Assembly: GCA_022843955.1 (NCBI GenBank)
Contig: JALHMQ010000018.1
Span: forward strand, 14,560-78,559
Length of the DNA stretch: 64,000 nt
From: Burkholderiaceae bacterium
Lineage (GTDB): Bacteria > Pseudomonadota > Gammaproteobacteria > Burkholderiales > Burkholderiaceae_F
Direction of reading: 5' to 3'
The notes under the pieces were generated by a model. It was not told the DNA's origin. It saw only the letters and a program-made list of their open reading frames with translations, and made no database searches. The translations under genes and the position numbers were made by a program. Of this stretch, positions 33,521 through 45,877 are shown piece after piece; positions within the stretch are counted from its first letter, which is position 1; each line of letters starts with the position of its first letter.

Positions 33521-33625
33521 GTGAGCAGGCTTCGCCGGACCGCGCTCCAACGCGCCGCCCGGCGAAGCGCCGGGCGCGCGGTACGGTTCGTTTAACCTGC
33601 CCACGTTCCTACCAGCGAGGCCGCC

Positions 33626-34108
33626 GTGTCCTTGATCAACTTGGGTCGCCAGTCCGTTGCCGCCATGCTGCGCGCTCTGTGCATCGGCTCCACGCTGGTC
33701 ATCGCTACCGCAACGGCCCAGCCGCCAGGCGCGGCGCTACCGACAACCAAGCTTGCCGCCGGCATTCACCTGATTACCGCCGAAGTCGCGTCCACTGACC
33801 CGACGCGCGCACGTGGCCTGATGTTCCGCGAACGGCTGGCACCCAACCACGGCATGCTGTTCATCTTCGACAGCAAGTCGGTCCACTGCATGTGGATGCG
33901 CAACACCTTGATCCCGCTGTCGGTCGCCTTCATTGCAGACGACGGCAGCGTCATCAACATCGAAGACATGCAACCGCACGATGAAAGCAGCCATTGCGCC
34001 GCCAAGCCCGTCCGCTATGCACTCGAGATGGACAAGGGCTGGTTTGCGCAGCGCGGACTGAAAGCTGGTACCAAGATCAGCGGTCTGCCGATCGCCGCGA
34101 CGCGCTGA
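33626..34108 (+). CDS. DUF192 (COG1430) domain-containing periplasmic protein
   Basis: 160 aa with a GTG start (uncertain) and a signal-like N-terminus. The core is ..TRARGLMFRERLAPNHGMLFIF...MWMRNTLIPLSVAFI..DG.I..I..M.P.., characteristic of DUF192. Confidence 0.82.
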   Translation: MSLINLGRQSVAAMLRALCIGSTLVIATATAQPPGAALPTTKLAAGIHLITAEVASTDPTRARGLMFRERLAPNHGMLFIFDSKSVHCMWMRNTLIPLSVAFIADDGSVINIEDMQPHDESSHCAAKPVRYALEMDKGWFAQRGLKAGTKISGLPIAATR

Positions 34109-34176
34109 GTGCCGAAGGACCACGCGCGAGCGGGTGCGCAGATTGCCGGTGCTCGCCGAGCATCCGGAGACCGCGC

Positions 34177-34548
34177 ATGAGAACCCGCTTTTCTATCCAG
34201 CAGATGTCCCTCACTCTTGCCCTGACCTTGGCGCTGCCTGGCGCATTGGCACAGGCACTGCCCGCCCAACCTGCCACGGCGGGCGCCCCATCGAGCGCCG
34301 CTGCTCCGGCAACCGCACTCAACCCGCCCGGCTCCGGCCCAGCAGCAGCGCCCGCAACACCAGCGGCACCTGCGCAAGCGACGCAGCCCAGTGCACCGGC
34401 GCAGCCGGCTTTTGGTGCTGCGCCCGAGGTCCGGCAATCGCGCGGCAGCCGTGATCGCGATGAAGAGCGTGGCCGTGAACGACGGCGCGGCACGACGGAC
34501 GGCCCAGCGGGGACACCACTAGGCGCACCTCCCGGCCTGCGGAAATGA
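34177..34548 (+). CDS. Small secreted Pro/Ala-rich protein with a highly charged C-terminus (hypothetical)
   Basis: The ATG at 34177 follows GGAGA. It has the signal peptide MRTRFSIQQMSLTLALTLALPGALAQA, then a PA-rich segment and an RGSRDRDEERGRERRRG tail. This is the in-frame tail of ORF 33994..34548. Confidence 0.45.
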   Translation: MRTRFSIQQMSLTLALTLALPGALAQALPAQPATAGAPSSAAAPATALNPPGSGPAAAPATPAAPAQATQPSAPAQPAFGAAPEVRQSRGSRDRDEERGRERRRGTTDGPAGTPLGAPPGLRK

Positions 34549-34572
34549 AAAAGCCGGCCGAATGGCCGGCTT
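34545..34572 (-). terminator. Rho-independent terminator of sodB
   Basis: The minus strand reads AAGCCGGCCATTCGGCCGGCTTTTTCATTT, about 20 nt after the sodB stop. Confidence 0.85.
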
Positions 34573-34591
34573 GGCACTGTGTGTGACGCGA

Positions 34592-35182
34592 TCAGCCAAA
34601 GTTCTTGGCTGCGAAGTCCCAGTTGACAAGGTTGTTGAGGAACGTCTCGACGAACTTGGGCCGCGCATTGCGGTAATCCACGTAGTACGCGTGCTCCCAC
34701 ACGTCGACTGTCAGCAGCGCCTTATCGGCGGTGGTCAGTGGCGTCGCGGCATTGCTGGTGTTGACGATGTCGACCGTGCCGTCTGCCTTCTTGACGAGCC
34801 AGGTCCAACCCGAGCCAAAGTTGCCGACGGCGCTCTTCGCAAAGGCCTCCTTGAAGGCCGCATAGGAGCCCCACTTCTTGCTGATCGCCGCAGCGAGCGC
34901 GCCAGCAGGCTCGCCGCCGCCCCGCGGCTTCATGCAATTCCAGAAGAACGTGTGGTTCCACACCTGGGCGGAATTGTTGAACACGCCACCGGACGACTTG
35001 CGCACGATGTCCTCCAGGCTGAGTGCCTCGAACTCCGTGCCCTTGATCAGGTTGTTGAGGTTCGTCACGTAGGCCTGGTGGTGCTTGCCATAGTGGTACT
35101 CGAAGGTCTCCTTCGACATGTGCGGCGCGAGCGCATCCATGGCAAATGGCAGGGGCGGGAGTGTGTGTTCCGTGTGTTCCAT
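34592..35182 (-). CDS. sodB: Iron superoxide dismutase
   Basis: Lies in ORF 34592..35197. I moved the start to the ATG at 35182 ([43 protein letters not shown]..). It is collinear with E. coli SodB, including [16 protein letters not shown]. Confidence 0.97.
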   Translation of the reverse strand: MEHTEHTLPPLPFAMDALAPHMSKETFEYHYGKHHQAYVTNLNNLIKGTEFEALSLEDIVRKSSGGVFNNSAQVWNHTFFWNCMKPRGGGEPAGALAAAISKKWGSYAAFKEAFAKSAVGNFGSGWTWLVKKADGTVDIVNTSNAATPLTTADKALLTVDVWEHAYYVDYRNARPKFVETFLNNLVNWDFAAKNFG

Positions 35183-35223
35183 CGTTGTTCCTTGCACGAT
35201 CAGCGGGAAGGGGAAAAATCATT

Positions 35224-36624
35224 CTAGCCGGGCGGCTGCACCGGCTCGTCAGAGTCGATGTCCTCACCCGCGTCGGGCAAGACCCGGTCCACATGGGCAA
35301 CCGCCGCGCCGCGTGCAAAGCGCAGCGACAGCAATGCCCCTGGCGCAAGTGACGACGCATCGCTCACGACCGAGCCACGCGCGTCCACCGCGATCGCGTA
35401 GCCTCGCTGCAGCACCGCACTCGGATCCAGGTGCGACAAACCCTGACGGGCTTGCTGCACTCGACCTGCGCAGTCGGCAAGACTACGGTCTGCGGCGGCG
35501 CGCAAGCGCGCCACCCGGGTCGCCAGCGACGCCACCGCAGCGGCAGCGTCTGGCCGCCGCGCCGCCAGACGCACGCTTAGCTGGCCCAGCACGCTCTCGC
35601 CGTGCCCCACACGAAAGCGCGCCTGGCTGCGCAGTCGCATACGCAGATGATCGATGCGCGCCTGCAGTCCGGTCAGCGGCGCGCGCGGCCGCTGCAGCAC
35701 CCGCAACGCGTAGTCGAGCCGCTGCTGCGCAGATTGCAGATGGCGTTGGGCACAGCGCTGCAACCGCACCATGACGGCGGCGATGCCCTCGAGCAGCAGT
35801 TCGCCGGCGGGCGCGGCCAGTTCCGCTGCCGCGGTCGGGGTCGGTGCCCGCAGGTCAGCGGCAAAGTCGGCGATCGTGATGTCCGACTCGTGGCCCACGC
35901 CCACCACGACCGGCAGCGTTGACGCACGAATGGCCCGTGCCACCGCCTCGTCATTGAACGCCCACAGATCCTCGAGCGAGCCGCCACCGCGCACCAGCAA
36001 CAGCACATCCACTTCGGCACGCGTGCTGGCGGCAGCCAGCATCGAGGCAATGCGCGCGCCGGCGCCCTCGCCCTGCACGGGCACCGGGTAGACGATCAGT
36101 CGCGCATACGGCGCGCGGCGCGACAGCGTCGTCACCACGTCGCGCAGCGCGGCAGCCTGCAGCGACGTGACGATGCCGATCGCGCGCGGCAACGCAGGCA
36201 GCGGGCGCTTGATGGCCTCCTCGAACAGGCCTTCGGCCGCCAGCCGCTGCTTCAGGCGCATGAACTCCTCGAACAGGCGACCCAAGCCGGCGCGCTGCAT
36301 GGCGTCCACCGACAGTTGGAACTCACCGCGCGCTTCGTACAGGCCGACGCTGGCACGCAGTTCCACCTCATCGCCCTCGCGCGGCGCAAACGCCACCAGC
36401 GCATTGCGGCTGCGGAACATCACGCAACGGACCTGCGCGGCATCGTCCTTGAGCGTGAAGTACCAGTGGCCACTGGCCGCCCGCGTCAGATTGCCGATCT
36501 CGCCGCGCACCCGTATCGACGGGAAGCCGCGTGCCAGCGTGCCAGCCACGGCACGGTTGAGCGCGCTCACGCTCAAGACGTCGCGGCCAGCCAGGCCATC
36601 TGCTGAAACTATTTCCGAAGTCAT
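35224..36624 (-). CDS. xseA: Exodeoxyribonuclease VII large subunit
   Basis: 466 aa with an OB-fold N-terminus (..IRVRGEIGNLTRAASGHWYFTLKD..) and a catalytic core (IGIVTSLQAAALRDV.., RGGGSLEDLWAFNDE). Confidence 0.94.
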   Translation of the reverse strand: MTSEIVSADGLAGRDVLSVSALNRAVAGTLARGFPSIRVRGEIGNLTRAASGHWYFTLKDDAAQVRCVMFRSRNALVAFAPREGDEVELRASVGLYEARGEFQLSVDAMQRAGLGRLFEEFMRLKQRLAAEGLFEEAIKRPLPALPRAIGIVTSLQAAALRDVVTTLSRRAPYARLIVYPVPVQGEGAGARIASMLAAASTRAEVDVLLLVRGGGSLEDLWAFNDEAVARAIRASTLPVVVGVGHESDITIADFAADLRAPTPTAAAELAAPAGELLLEGIAAVMVRLQRCAQRHLQSAQQRLDYALRVLQRPRAPLTGLQARIDHLRMRLRSQARFRVGHGESVLGQLSVRLAARRPDAAAAVASLATRVARLRAAADRSLADCAGRVQQARQGLSHLDPSAVLQRGYAIAVDARGSVVSDASSLAPGALLSLRFARGAAVAHVDRVLPDAGEDIDSDEPVQPPG

Positions 36625-36941
36625 CGCGAGTTACTGCAGCAGAGCGTCATGCGCTATCCACACTTGCACCGTGCTGGCAGATGCCACACGAGGGCGGGCG
36701 CAAACCCTACCAGTTCGTGGCAGGGCCGGGAGCCAAATGGTTGAAGCGTCAGCCGATTCCGGGCCTGCGCCCGTGCTGCTGCAAGCGCAGGCAGTACCCG
36801 CCGATGACGGCACGGTGCGGTCCGGCGTCGATTGGGCGAGACTTTTCAACATAGTTGTCCACAGCATCTGTGGAAAATCGTACAAGCGTTACCGCACTAC
36901 ACTGCGCGCCATCTAGCGGCGGAAGCTTCCGGGAGGGGGAA

Positions 36942-37547
36942 TTGTTTTCGATCGTCATTGCGATCGGCTGGCCGATCTGGCCGCTCATCATCGCGTCCAT
37001 CGTTGCCTTGGCGCTGATCATCGAACGCAGCCTGGCGTTGCGCCGCGCCAGGATCCTGCCGCCTCGCCTGCTCAACGACGTTCTGTCGCTGCATGCCAAG
37101 CGCCAGGTGAGCAACGACGTTGTCGACAAGCTCGAGGACAGTTCTCCGCTGGGCCGCGTCCTGGCAGCGGCGCTGCGCAACGAGCGGGCGCCGCGTGAAG
37201 TCGCCCATGAGGCGGTAGCCAACGCCGGCGGCCATGCCGCGCACGACCTGTCGCGCAACCTGTCGCTGCTCGGCTCGATCGGCTCGATCGCGCCGCTGAT
37301 GGGCTTGCTCGGCACGGTGATCGGCATGATCGAGATCTTCGCGTCGCAGCAGGCAGGCTCCAGTCCGCAGCAGTTGGCGCACGGGATCTCGATCGCGCTG
37401 TACTGCACGGCGTTTGGCATCATCGTCGCGGTACCGGCGATCCTCGCCTACCGGCACTTCAAGTCGCGCATCGAGGACTTCGTGGTCGACATGGAAGACG
37501 AGGCGCAGAAGCTGCTCGACACGCTGTTCTCCCCGCGGGCACCGTAA
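36942..37547 (+). CDS. exbB: MotA/TolQ/ExbB proton-channel family protein
   Basis: Lies in ORF 36855..37547, whose first codon is TTG. I prefer the TTG at 36942 directly after GGGAGGGGG, which gives (M)FSIVIAIGWPIWPLIIASIVALALIIER.., typical of this family. It has the conserved LGSIGSIAPLMGLLGTVIGMI. The start is uncertain. Confidence 0.88.
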   Translation: MFSIVIAIGWPIWPLIIASIVALALIIERSLALRRARILPPRLLNDVLSLHAKRQVSNDVVDKLEDSSPLGRVLAAALRNERAPREVAHEAVANAGGHAAHDLSRNLSLLGSIGSIAPLMGLLGTVIGMIEIFASQQAGSSPQQLAHGISIALYCTAFGIIVAVPAILAYRHFKSRIEDFVVDMEDEAQKLLDTLFSPRAP

Positions 37548-37551
37548 CCCC

Positions 37552-37968
37552 ATGCGCTTTCGCCGCAATTTCGACGAGGAACCGGAGATCAATCTGATCC
37601 CGCTCATCGACGTCATGCTGATCGTGCTGATCTTCCTCGCTGTCAGCACCACCTACTCGCGCTTTTCGGAGCTGCAACTGGAACTGCCGCAGGCCGACGC
37701 CAGCAAGACGCAGACGCGCCCCAACGAGATCCAGGTCGCGGTCACGGCCGACGGTCGCTATGCGGTCGACCGCCAGATCGTGCCGTTCGCCGATCCGCCT
37801 GCGTTCTCGCAACAGTTGCAGAAGGCAGCGCAGGGCCGCACCAATCCGGTCGTGGTGATCAATGCGGACGCCCAGGCGCCGCACCAGGCGGTGATCGGTG
37901 TGATGGAAGCGGCGCGGCTGGCCGGCCTGCCACGCATCAGCTTCGCCACGCAGCGCCCGCGAAATTGA
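37552..37968 (+). CDS. exbD: ExbD/TolR biopolymer transport protein
   Basis: The ATG at 37552 gives MRFRRNFDEEPEINLIPLIDVMLIVLIFL.. (138 aa). Confidence 0.92.
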   Translation: MRFRRNFDEEPEINLIPLIDVMLIVLIFLAVSTTYSRFSELQLELPQADASKTQTRPNEIQVAVTADGRYAVDRQIVPFADPPAFSQQLQKAAQGRTNPVVVINADAQAPHQAVIGVMEAARLAGLPRISFATQRPRN

Positions 37969-37992
37969 GCCGGCGCGCGTGACCGGTCGCCG

Positions 37993-39066
37993 GTGATGGC
38001 ATTGCGCTCGCAGCTGCAGCCCTGGTTGGTTGCCGTCTGGCAGTCGCGCGGCTTCTTCGCGCACCTGCTGCTGCCGCTGGCGTGGGTGCACGGGCTGTTC
38101 CGCGCGGTTTCAGCCTGGCATCACCGCGGCGGCACCCATGCGCAGCGACTGCCGGTGCCCGTGGTGGTGGTCGGCAACCTGTATGTCGGCGGCACCGGCA
38201 AGACGCCGCTGACGATCGACCTCGTGCGCGGTCTGCGCGAGCGCGGTTTCACGCCCGGGATCGTCTCGCGCGGCTACGGCGCCAGCAGTTCGTCGGCGCG
38301 TGCCGTGGACCCGCAGGGCCGCGCCTCCGACTACGGCGACGAGCCATTGTTGCTCGCGCAGGTGACCGGCGCACCGGTAGTCGTGGGCCATGATCGCGTG
38401 GCGGCGGGCCGCCTGTTACTCAATCTGCATTCGAAGGTCGATCTGGTGATCGCCGACGACGGCCTGCAGCACCGCAAGCTGGCGCGCGACGTCGAGATCG
38501 CAGTGGTCCATTACCGCGGCTTCGGCAACGGCTGGCTGCTGCCCGCCGGCCCCCTGCGCGACCCGCCTGCGCGCCTGCGCGAGGTCGACGCCGTGGTGTT
38601 CCATGACCAGCTCGACAGCCCGCGGCCGGCGATCCGCGTGTACTCGCCGTTCTTTTCGATGCATACCGAGCCGGGCGGCATCTATGCAGTCAAGGACGCA
38701 AGCATGCGCGCCAGCCTGGGCGAACTGGTCGCCGAGCAGAAGCGCGGGTCGATGCGGGTGATCGCCGCCGCTGGCATCGGCATGCCCGACCGGTTCTTCG
38801 GCATGCTGCGTGCCGCCGGCCTGCAGTTCGACGCGCTGCCGCTGGCCGACCACTACCCGTTCACCGACAATCCGTTTGCCGGGCGCGCCTACGATCTGGT
38901 GCTCGTCACCGAAAAGGACGCCGTAAAATGCCGCGCCAATCCGGTGCTCGCATCCGATGGTCGGCTGTGCGTGGTGCCGCTCAAGACCACGCTCGACCCC
39001 GGGCTGCTCGACCTGATCGTGCGCAAGCTTGAACCACGCGCCGCGACCACGCCGCCGGCGCCCTGA
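37993..39066 (+). CDS. lpxK: Tetraacyldisaccharide 4'-kinase LpxK
   Basis: 357 aa with the P-loop [13 protein letters not shown]. It sits in the conserved exbBD-lpxK-ycaR-kdsB context. Confidence 0.94.
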   Translation: MMALRSQLQPWLVAVWQSRGFFAHLLLPLAWVHGLFRAVSAWHHRGGTHAQRLPVPVVVVGNLYVGGTGKTPLTIDLVRGLRERGFTPGIVSRGYGASSSSARAVDPQGRASDYGDEPLLLAQVTGAPVVVGHDRVAAGRLLLNLHSKVDLVIADDGLQHRKLARDVEIAVVHYRGFGNGWLLPAGPLRDPPARLREVDAVVFHDQLDSPRPAIRVYSPFFSMHTEPGGIYAVKDASMRASLGELVAEQKRGSMRVIAAAGIGMPDRFFGMLRAAGLQFDALPLADHYPFTDNPFAGRAYDLVLVTEKDAVKCRANPVLASDGRLCVVPLKTTLDPGLLDLIVRKLEPRAATTPPAP

Positions 39067-39086
39067 ACCCGCTTTGCAAGGCTTCC

Positions 39087-39275
39087 ATGGACCACCGCCT
39101 GCTCGACATCCTCGTCTGCCCGCTCTGCAAGGGTCCGCTGCAGTACGACAAGTCGGCCCAGGAGCTGATCTGCCGTGCCGATCGCCTCGCCTATCCGATC
39201 CGCGACGACATCCCGGTGATGCTCGAAAGCGAAGCGCGCCGACTCGACCAGCCGACCGCCCCCGCCGCCGCCTGA
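39087..39275 (+). CDS. ycaR: Trm112/YcaR family (UPF0434) small zinc-ribbon-like protein
   Basis: 62 aa, [51 protein letters not shown]. Confidence 0.9.
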   Translation: MDHRLLDILVCPLCKGPLQYDKSAQELICRADRLAYPIRDDIPVMLESEARRLDQPTAPAAA

Positions 39276-39312
39276 TCCGCGCCCCAACCGTTCCCTGCGC
39301 GCGCGTTCGACG

Positions 39313-40077
39313 ATGACCGGTTTTATCGCCATCGTGCCGGCGCGGCTGGCCTCCACCCGCCTGCCGCGCAAGCCGCTGGTCGACATCCACGGCCTGCCCA
39401 TGGTGGTACGCGTAGCGCAGCGCGCCCAGCAAAGCGGCGCCGCCCGCGTGGTGGTAGCCGCCGACAGCGAGGAGATCGCGGCGGCATGCCGCAGTCACGG
39501 CATCGACGTCGTACTGACCTCGCCCGACCACCCGACCGGCACCGATCGCCTGGCCGACGCCGCCGTGCAGCTGGGGCTGGCCGATGACGAAATCGTGGTC
39601 AATGTGCAGGGCGACGAACCAATGATGCCGCCGGCCATCATCGCCGCGGTCGCGGCGCTGCTCCAGGCGCAGCCGGCCTGCGGTATGGCCACCGCCGCCC
39701 ACGCATTGCACGACGCCGCCGAGTTCTTCAGCCCGAACGTGGTCAAGGTGGTCACTGACCACCAGGGACGCGCACTGTTGTTCTCACGCGCGCCGATCCC
39801 GTGGTCGCGCGACGCCTTTGCGCTGGACCGCAGCGCTCTGCCGGCGCAGCTGCCGGCGCTGCGACACATCGGCCTGTATGCCTACCGCGCCGGCTTCCTG
39901 CGCCGCTATCCGGCCCTGCCGCGCACCCCGCTCGAGGAGCACGAGAGCCTGGAGCAGTTGCGTGCGCTGTGGCACGGCGTGGGCATTGCCGTGCTGACGC
40001 TGGATGCGCCGCTGCCGCCCGGGGTCGACACCCCGGCCGACCTCGAAACGGTTCGCAAGCTGCTCGCGCCCGCCTAG
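39313..40077 (+). CDS. kdsB: 3-deoxy-manno-octulosonate cytidylyltransferase (CMP-KDO synthetase)
   Basis: 254 aa, ..[16 protein letters not shown].., with VNVQGDEP and LEQLRAL motifs. Confidence 0.95.
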   Translation: MTGFIAIVPARLASTRLPRKPLVDIHGLPMVVRVAQRAQQSGAARVVVAADSEEIAAACRSHGIDVVLTSPDHPTGTDRLADAAVQLGLADDEIVVNVQGDEPMMPPAIIAAVAALLQAQPACGMATAAHALHDAAEFFSPNVVKVVTDHQGRALLFSRAPIPWSRDAFALDRSALPAQLPALRHIGLYAYRAGFLRRYPALPRTPLEEHESLEQLRALWHGVGIAVLTLDAPLPPGVDTPADLETVRKLLAPA

Positions 40078-40108
40078 ACTCCCGGCTTCCTTGACCGGGG
40101 AGTTACCG

Positions 40109-41692
40109 ATGAAGCGATTGATTGCCGCTGCCGCCCTCGGCGGACTGCTGCTTGCCGCCACTGCCATTCACGCCAAGACGCTGCGCTGGGCGTCGCAGGG
40201 CGATCCGCAGACCGCCGACCCGTTCTCGCAGAACGAGGGTCTCACCAACATGTTCTCGCAGTCGGTGCACGACACGCTGCTGATGCGCGACAACAGCCTG
40301 GCGCTGGTGCCGGGCTTGGCGGTCAGCTGGCAGCAGGTGAACGCGACCACCTGGCGCTTCAATCTGCGACGCGGCGTCAAGTTCCACGACGGCTCGCCCT
40401 TCACCGCCGACGACATCGTGTTCAGCTACGAGCGTGCCTCTCACCCCAACTCGCAGTTGCGCCAGTACGCGATTCCGCTCGGCAAGCCGCGCAAGGTCGA
40501 CGACTTCACGGTCGAGTTCGTGCAGGACAAGCCCAATCCGGTGACGCTGGAGCACGCCACCACGATCTACATCATGAGTAAGGCATGGGCGGAGAAGAAC
40601 AAGGTCGCCACGCCGCTCGATTTCAAGAACAAGGAAGAGACCTTCGCCTCGCGCAACGCCAACGGCACCGGCGCCTGGATCCTTGTGGCGCGTGAGCCCG
40701 GCGTGCGCAGCGTGGTGCGCCGCAATCCCGACTGGTGGGGCATCAAGGAAGGTCGCGCTCCCGGCAACGTGACCGAAGTGATCTACACGCAGGTCAGTGC
40801 CGACGCGACGCGCACCGCCGCCCTGCTGTCGGGCCAGGTGGACTTCGTTCTCGATCCGCCGACGCAGGACGTGGCGCGGCTGGAGAAGGACGCCGGCACC
40901 AAGGTCGTGCGCGGCCAGGAAAACCGTGTGGTCTTCTTTGGCTTCGACCAGATGCGCGATGAGCTTCTGTACTCGAGCGTCAAGGGCAAGAACCCGTTCA
41001 AGGACGTGCGCGTGCGCACGGCGGTGTATCAGGCGATCGACATCGAGGCACTGCGCTCGCGCACCATGCGCGGCTCGGCGCTGCCCACCGGCGGCATCAC
41101 GCCGTCGATCCTCGCCTCCAATCCCGATGCGGAAAAGCGCCTGCCGTTCGACCCCAAGCGCGCGCGCGAACTGCTGACCGAGGCCGGCTATCCAAACGGC
41201 TTCGACATCACGCTGGACTGCCCCAACAACCGCTACGTGAACGACGAGGAGATCTGCCTCGCGGTGGCGGCGATGCTCACCCGCGCCGGCATCACCACCC
41301 GCGTCACGGCCATGCCGCGCGCCACCTACTTCCCCAAGCTGGAAAAGCACGACACCAGCTTCTACATGCTCGGGTGGGGAGGCGCCATCACCGATGCGCA
41401 GACCACGCTCGACCCGGTATTGCGCTCGTTCGACAAAGCCACCGGCAAGGGCTCGTTCAACTACGGCCGCTACAGCAATCCGAAGCTCGATGCGCTGATC
41501 GATGCCGCCTCGGTCGAGCCGAACGCCGACAAGCGCCGCGAGCAGATCCGCCAGGCCATCGCCGAGCACAACGCGCAAGTGCACCACGTGCCGCTGCACC
41601 GCCAGATGATCCCGTGGGCGATGCGCCGCAATATCAGCGTGCAGCATCGCGCCGACAACGTGTTGAACTTCGAGTCGGTGAAGATCGAATGA
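40109..41692 (+). CDS. ABC transporter substrate-binding protein, family 5 (peptide/nickel/opine type), orphan
   Basis: Lies in ORF 40004..41692. I moved the start to the ATG at 40109 after GGGGAG (MKRLIAAAALGGLLLAATAIHA), which gives a signal peptide. It has a family-5 SBP architecture. I see no permease or ATPase genes adjacent. Confidence 0.88.
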   Translation: MKRLIAAAALGGLLLAATAIHAKTLRWASQGDPQTADPFSQNEGLTNMFSQSVHDTLLMRDNSLALVPGLAVSWQQVNATTWRFNLRRGVKFHDGSPFTADDIVFSYERASHPNSQLRQYAIPLGKPRKVDDFTVEFVQDKPNPVTLEHATTIYIMSKAWAEKNKVATPLDFKNKEETFASRNANGTGAWILVAREPGVRSVVRRNPDWWGIKEGRAPGNVTEVIYTQVSADATRTAALLSGQVDFVLDPPTQDVARLEKDAGTKVVRGQENRVVFFGFDQMRDELLYSSVKGKNPFKDVRVRTAVYQAIDIEALRSRTMRGSALPTGGITPSILASNPDAEKRLPFDPKRARELLTEAGYPNGFDITLDCPNNRYVNDEEICLAVAAMLTRAGITTRVTAMPRATYFPKLEKHDTSFYMLGWGGAITDAQTTLDPVLRSFDKATGKGSFNYGRYSNPKLDALIDAASVEPNADKRREQIRQAIAEHNAQVHHVPLHRQMIPWAMRRNISVQHRADNVLNFESVKIE

Positions 41693-41840
41693 GCGGAAAG
41701 CTGGGCGGCGGCGGGGGTCGCTGTCGCCGGTTTGCGTGATGCCGACGCGGCACCTGCAACCGCCACCTGCGCGTTGTTTTTTTGCCAGCCGGCGATGTGC
41801 CGCAGCGCACCCGTTCGGGCTGCTTCGCACCGGCAGTTAG

Positions 41841-42584
<744 letters not shown>

Positions 42585-42681
42585 GGCTCATGCGCAGGCC
42601 CGCCGCACACGCGGCGGGCTGACGCGTGACCACACAACGCTTTCTGCAGCACATAAACCAGCACCACGGAGGGAGAACGTC

Positions 42682-45147
<2,466 letters not shown>

Positions 45148-45236
45148 TCAGGTCACAAGCAAAGGCAGAAGAGAAGAAGCAACCGAACAAGAGCATGCCG
45201 CGCGGGTGCATCATCGATGCAGCCCGCGCCTGACCG

Positions 45237-45274
45237 GGCGGTGATCGCGCAAGCGACACCGCCTTTTTTCTTTG
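45237..45274 (+). terminator. Rho-independent terminator of hppA
   Basis: The stem GGCGGTG/CACCGCC is followed by TTTTTTCTTT. Confidence 0.75.
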
Positions 45275-45300
45275 CCGCCTACCCGACATCAGTCGTCACC

Positions 45301-45834
45301 ATGGACCTGCGCCCCGCCACCCCCGCCGACCTGCCTGCCATCAGCGCGATCTATGCGCACCACGTCCGAACCGGCCTCGCCAGTTTCGAGACCGAGCCAC
45401 CGAGCGTGCTGGAGTTGACCCGGCGCTTCGAGGCGATCACCGACGGCGGCTATCCGTACCTGGTGGCCCATGCTGAAGGCGGTGTGGTCGGCTATGCGTA
45501 TGCGAACGTGTACCGCACGCGCCCCGCGTATCGCTTCACCGTTGAAGACTCCATCTACATCGCGCCGCAGGCGGTCGGCCGCGGCATTGGCCGCGCACTG
45601 CTGGCGCGCCTGGTGAGCGAGTGCGAGGCGCGCGGCTACCGCCAGATGCTCGCGGTGATTGGCGACTGCGCCAATCTCGCGTCCATCGTCGTGCACCAGC
45701 GCTGCGGCTTCACCCAGAAGTGCGTGCTCGACGCCGTCGGCTTCAAGTTCGGGCGCTGGGTGGACTCGGTCCTGATGCAGCGGCCGCTCGGCGCCGGCGG
45801 CGACCACCTGCCGGAGGCGGCGCGGGCGCAGTGA
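45301..45834 (+). CDS. GNAT family N-acetyltransferase (phosphinothricin/methionine-sulfoximine acetyltransferase-like)
   Basis: The ATG at 45301 gives MDLRPATPADLPAISAIYAHHVRTGLASFETEPPS.. It has the acetyl-CoA motif QAVGRGIGRALL. Confidence 0.88.
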   Translation: MDLRPATPADLPAISAIYAHHVRTGLASFETEPPSVLELTRRFEAITDGGYPYLVAHAEGGVVGYAYANVYRTRPAYRFTVEDSIYIAPQAVGRGIGRALLARLVSECEARGYRQMLAVIGDCANLASIVVHQRCGFTQKCVLDAVGFKFGRWVDSVLMQRPLGAGGDHLPEAARAQ

Positions 45835-45877
45835 TGGCCAGCGTCGCTGCGCCCCGGCATGGCCGGCGGCGCTGTGT

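Noticed and set aside
40103-41830. 575-aa minus-strand ORF
   Set aside because: It is antisense to the family-5 SBP gene. No motifs are present and the composition is Arg/Gly/Ala-rich.
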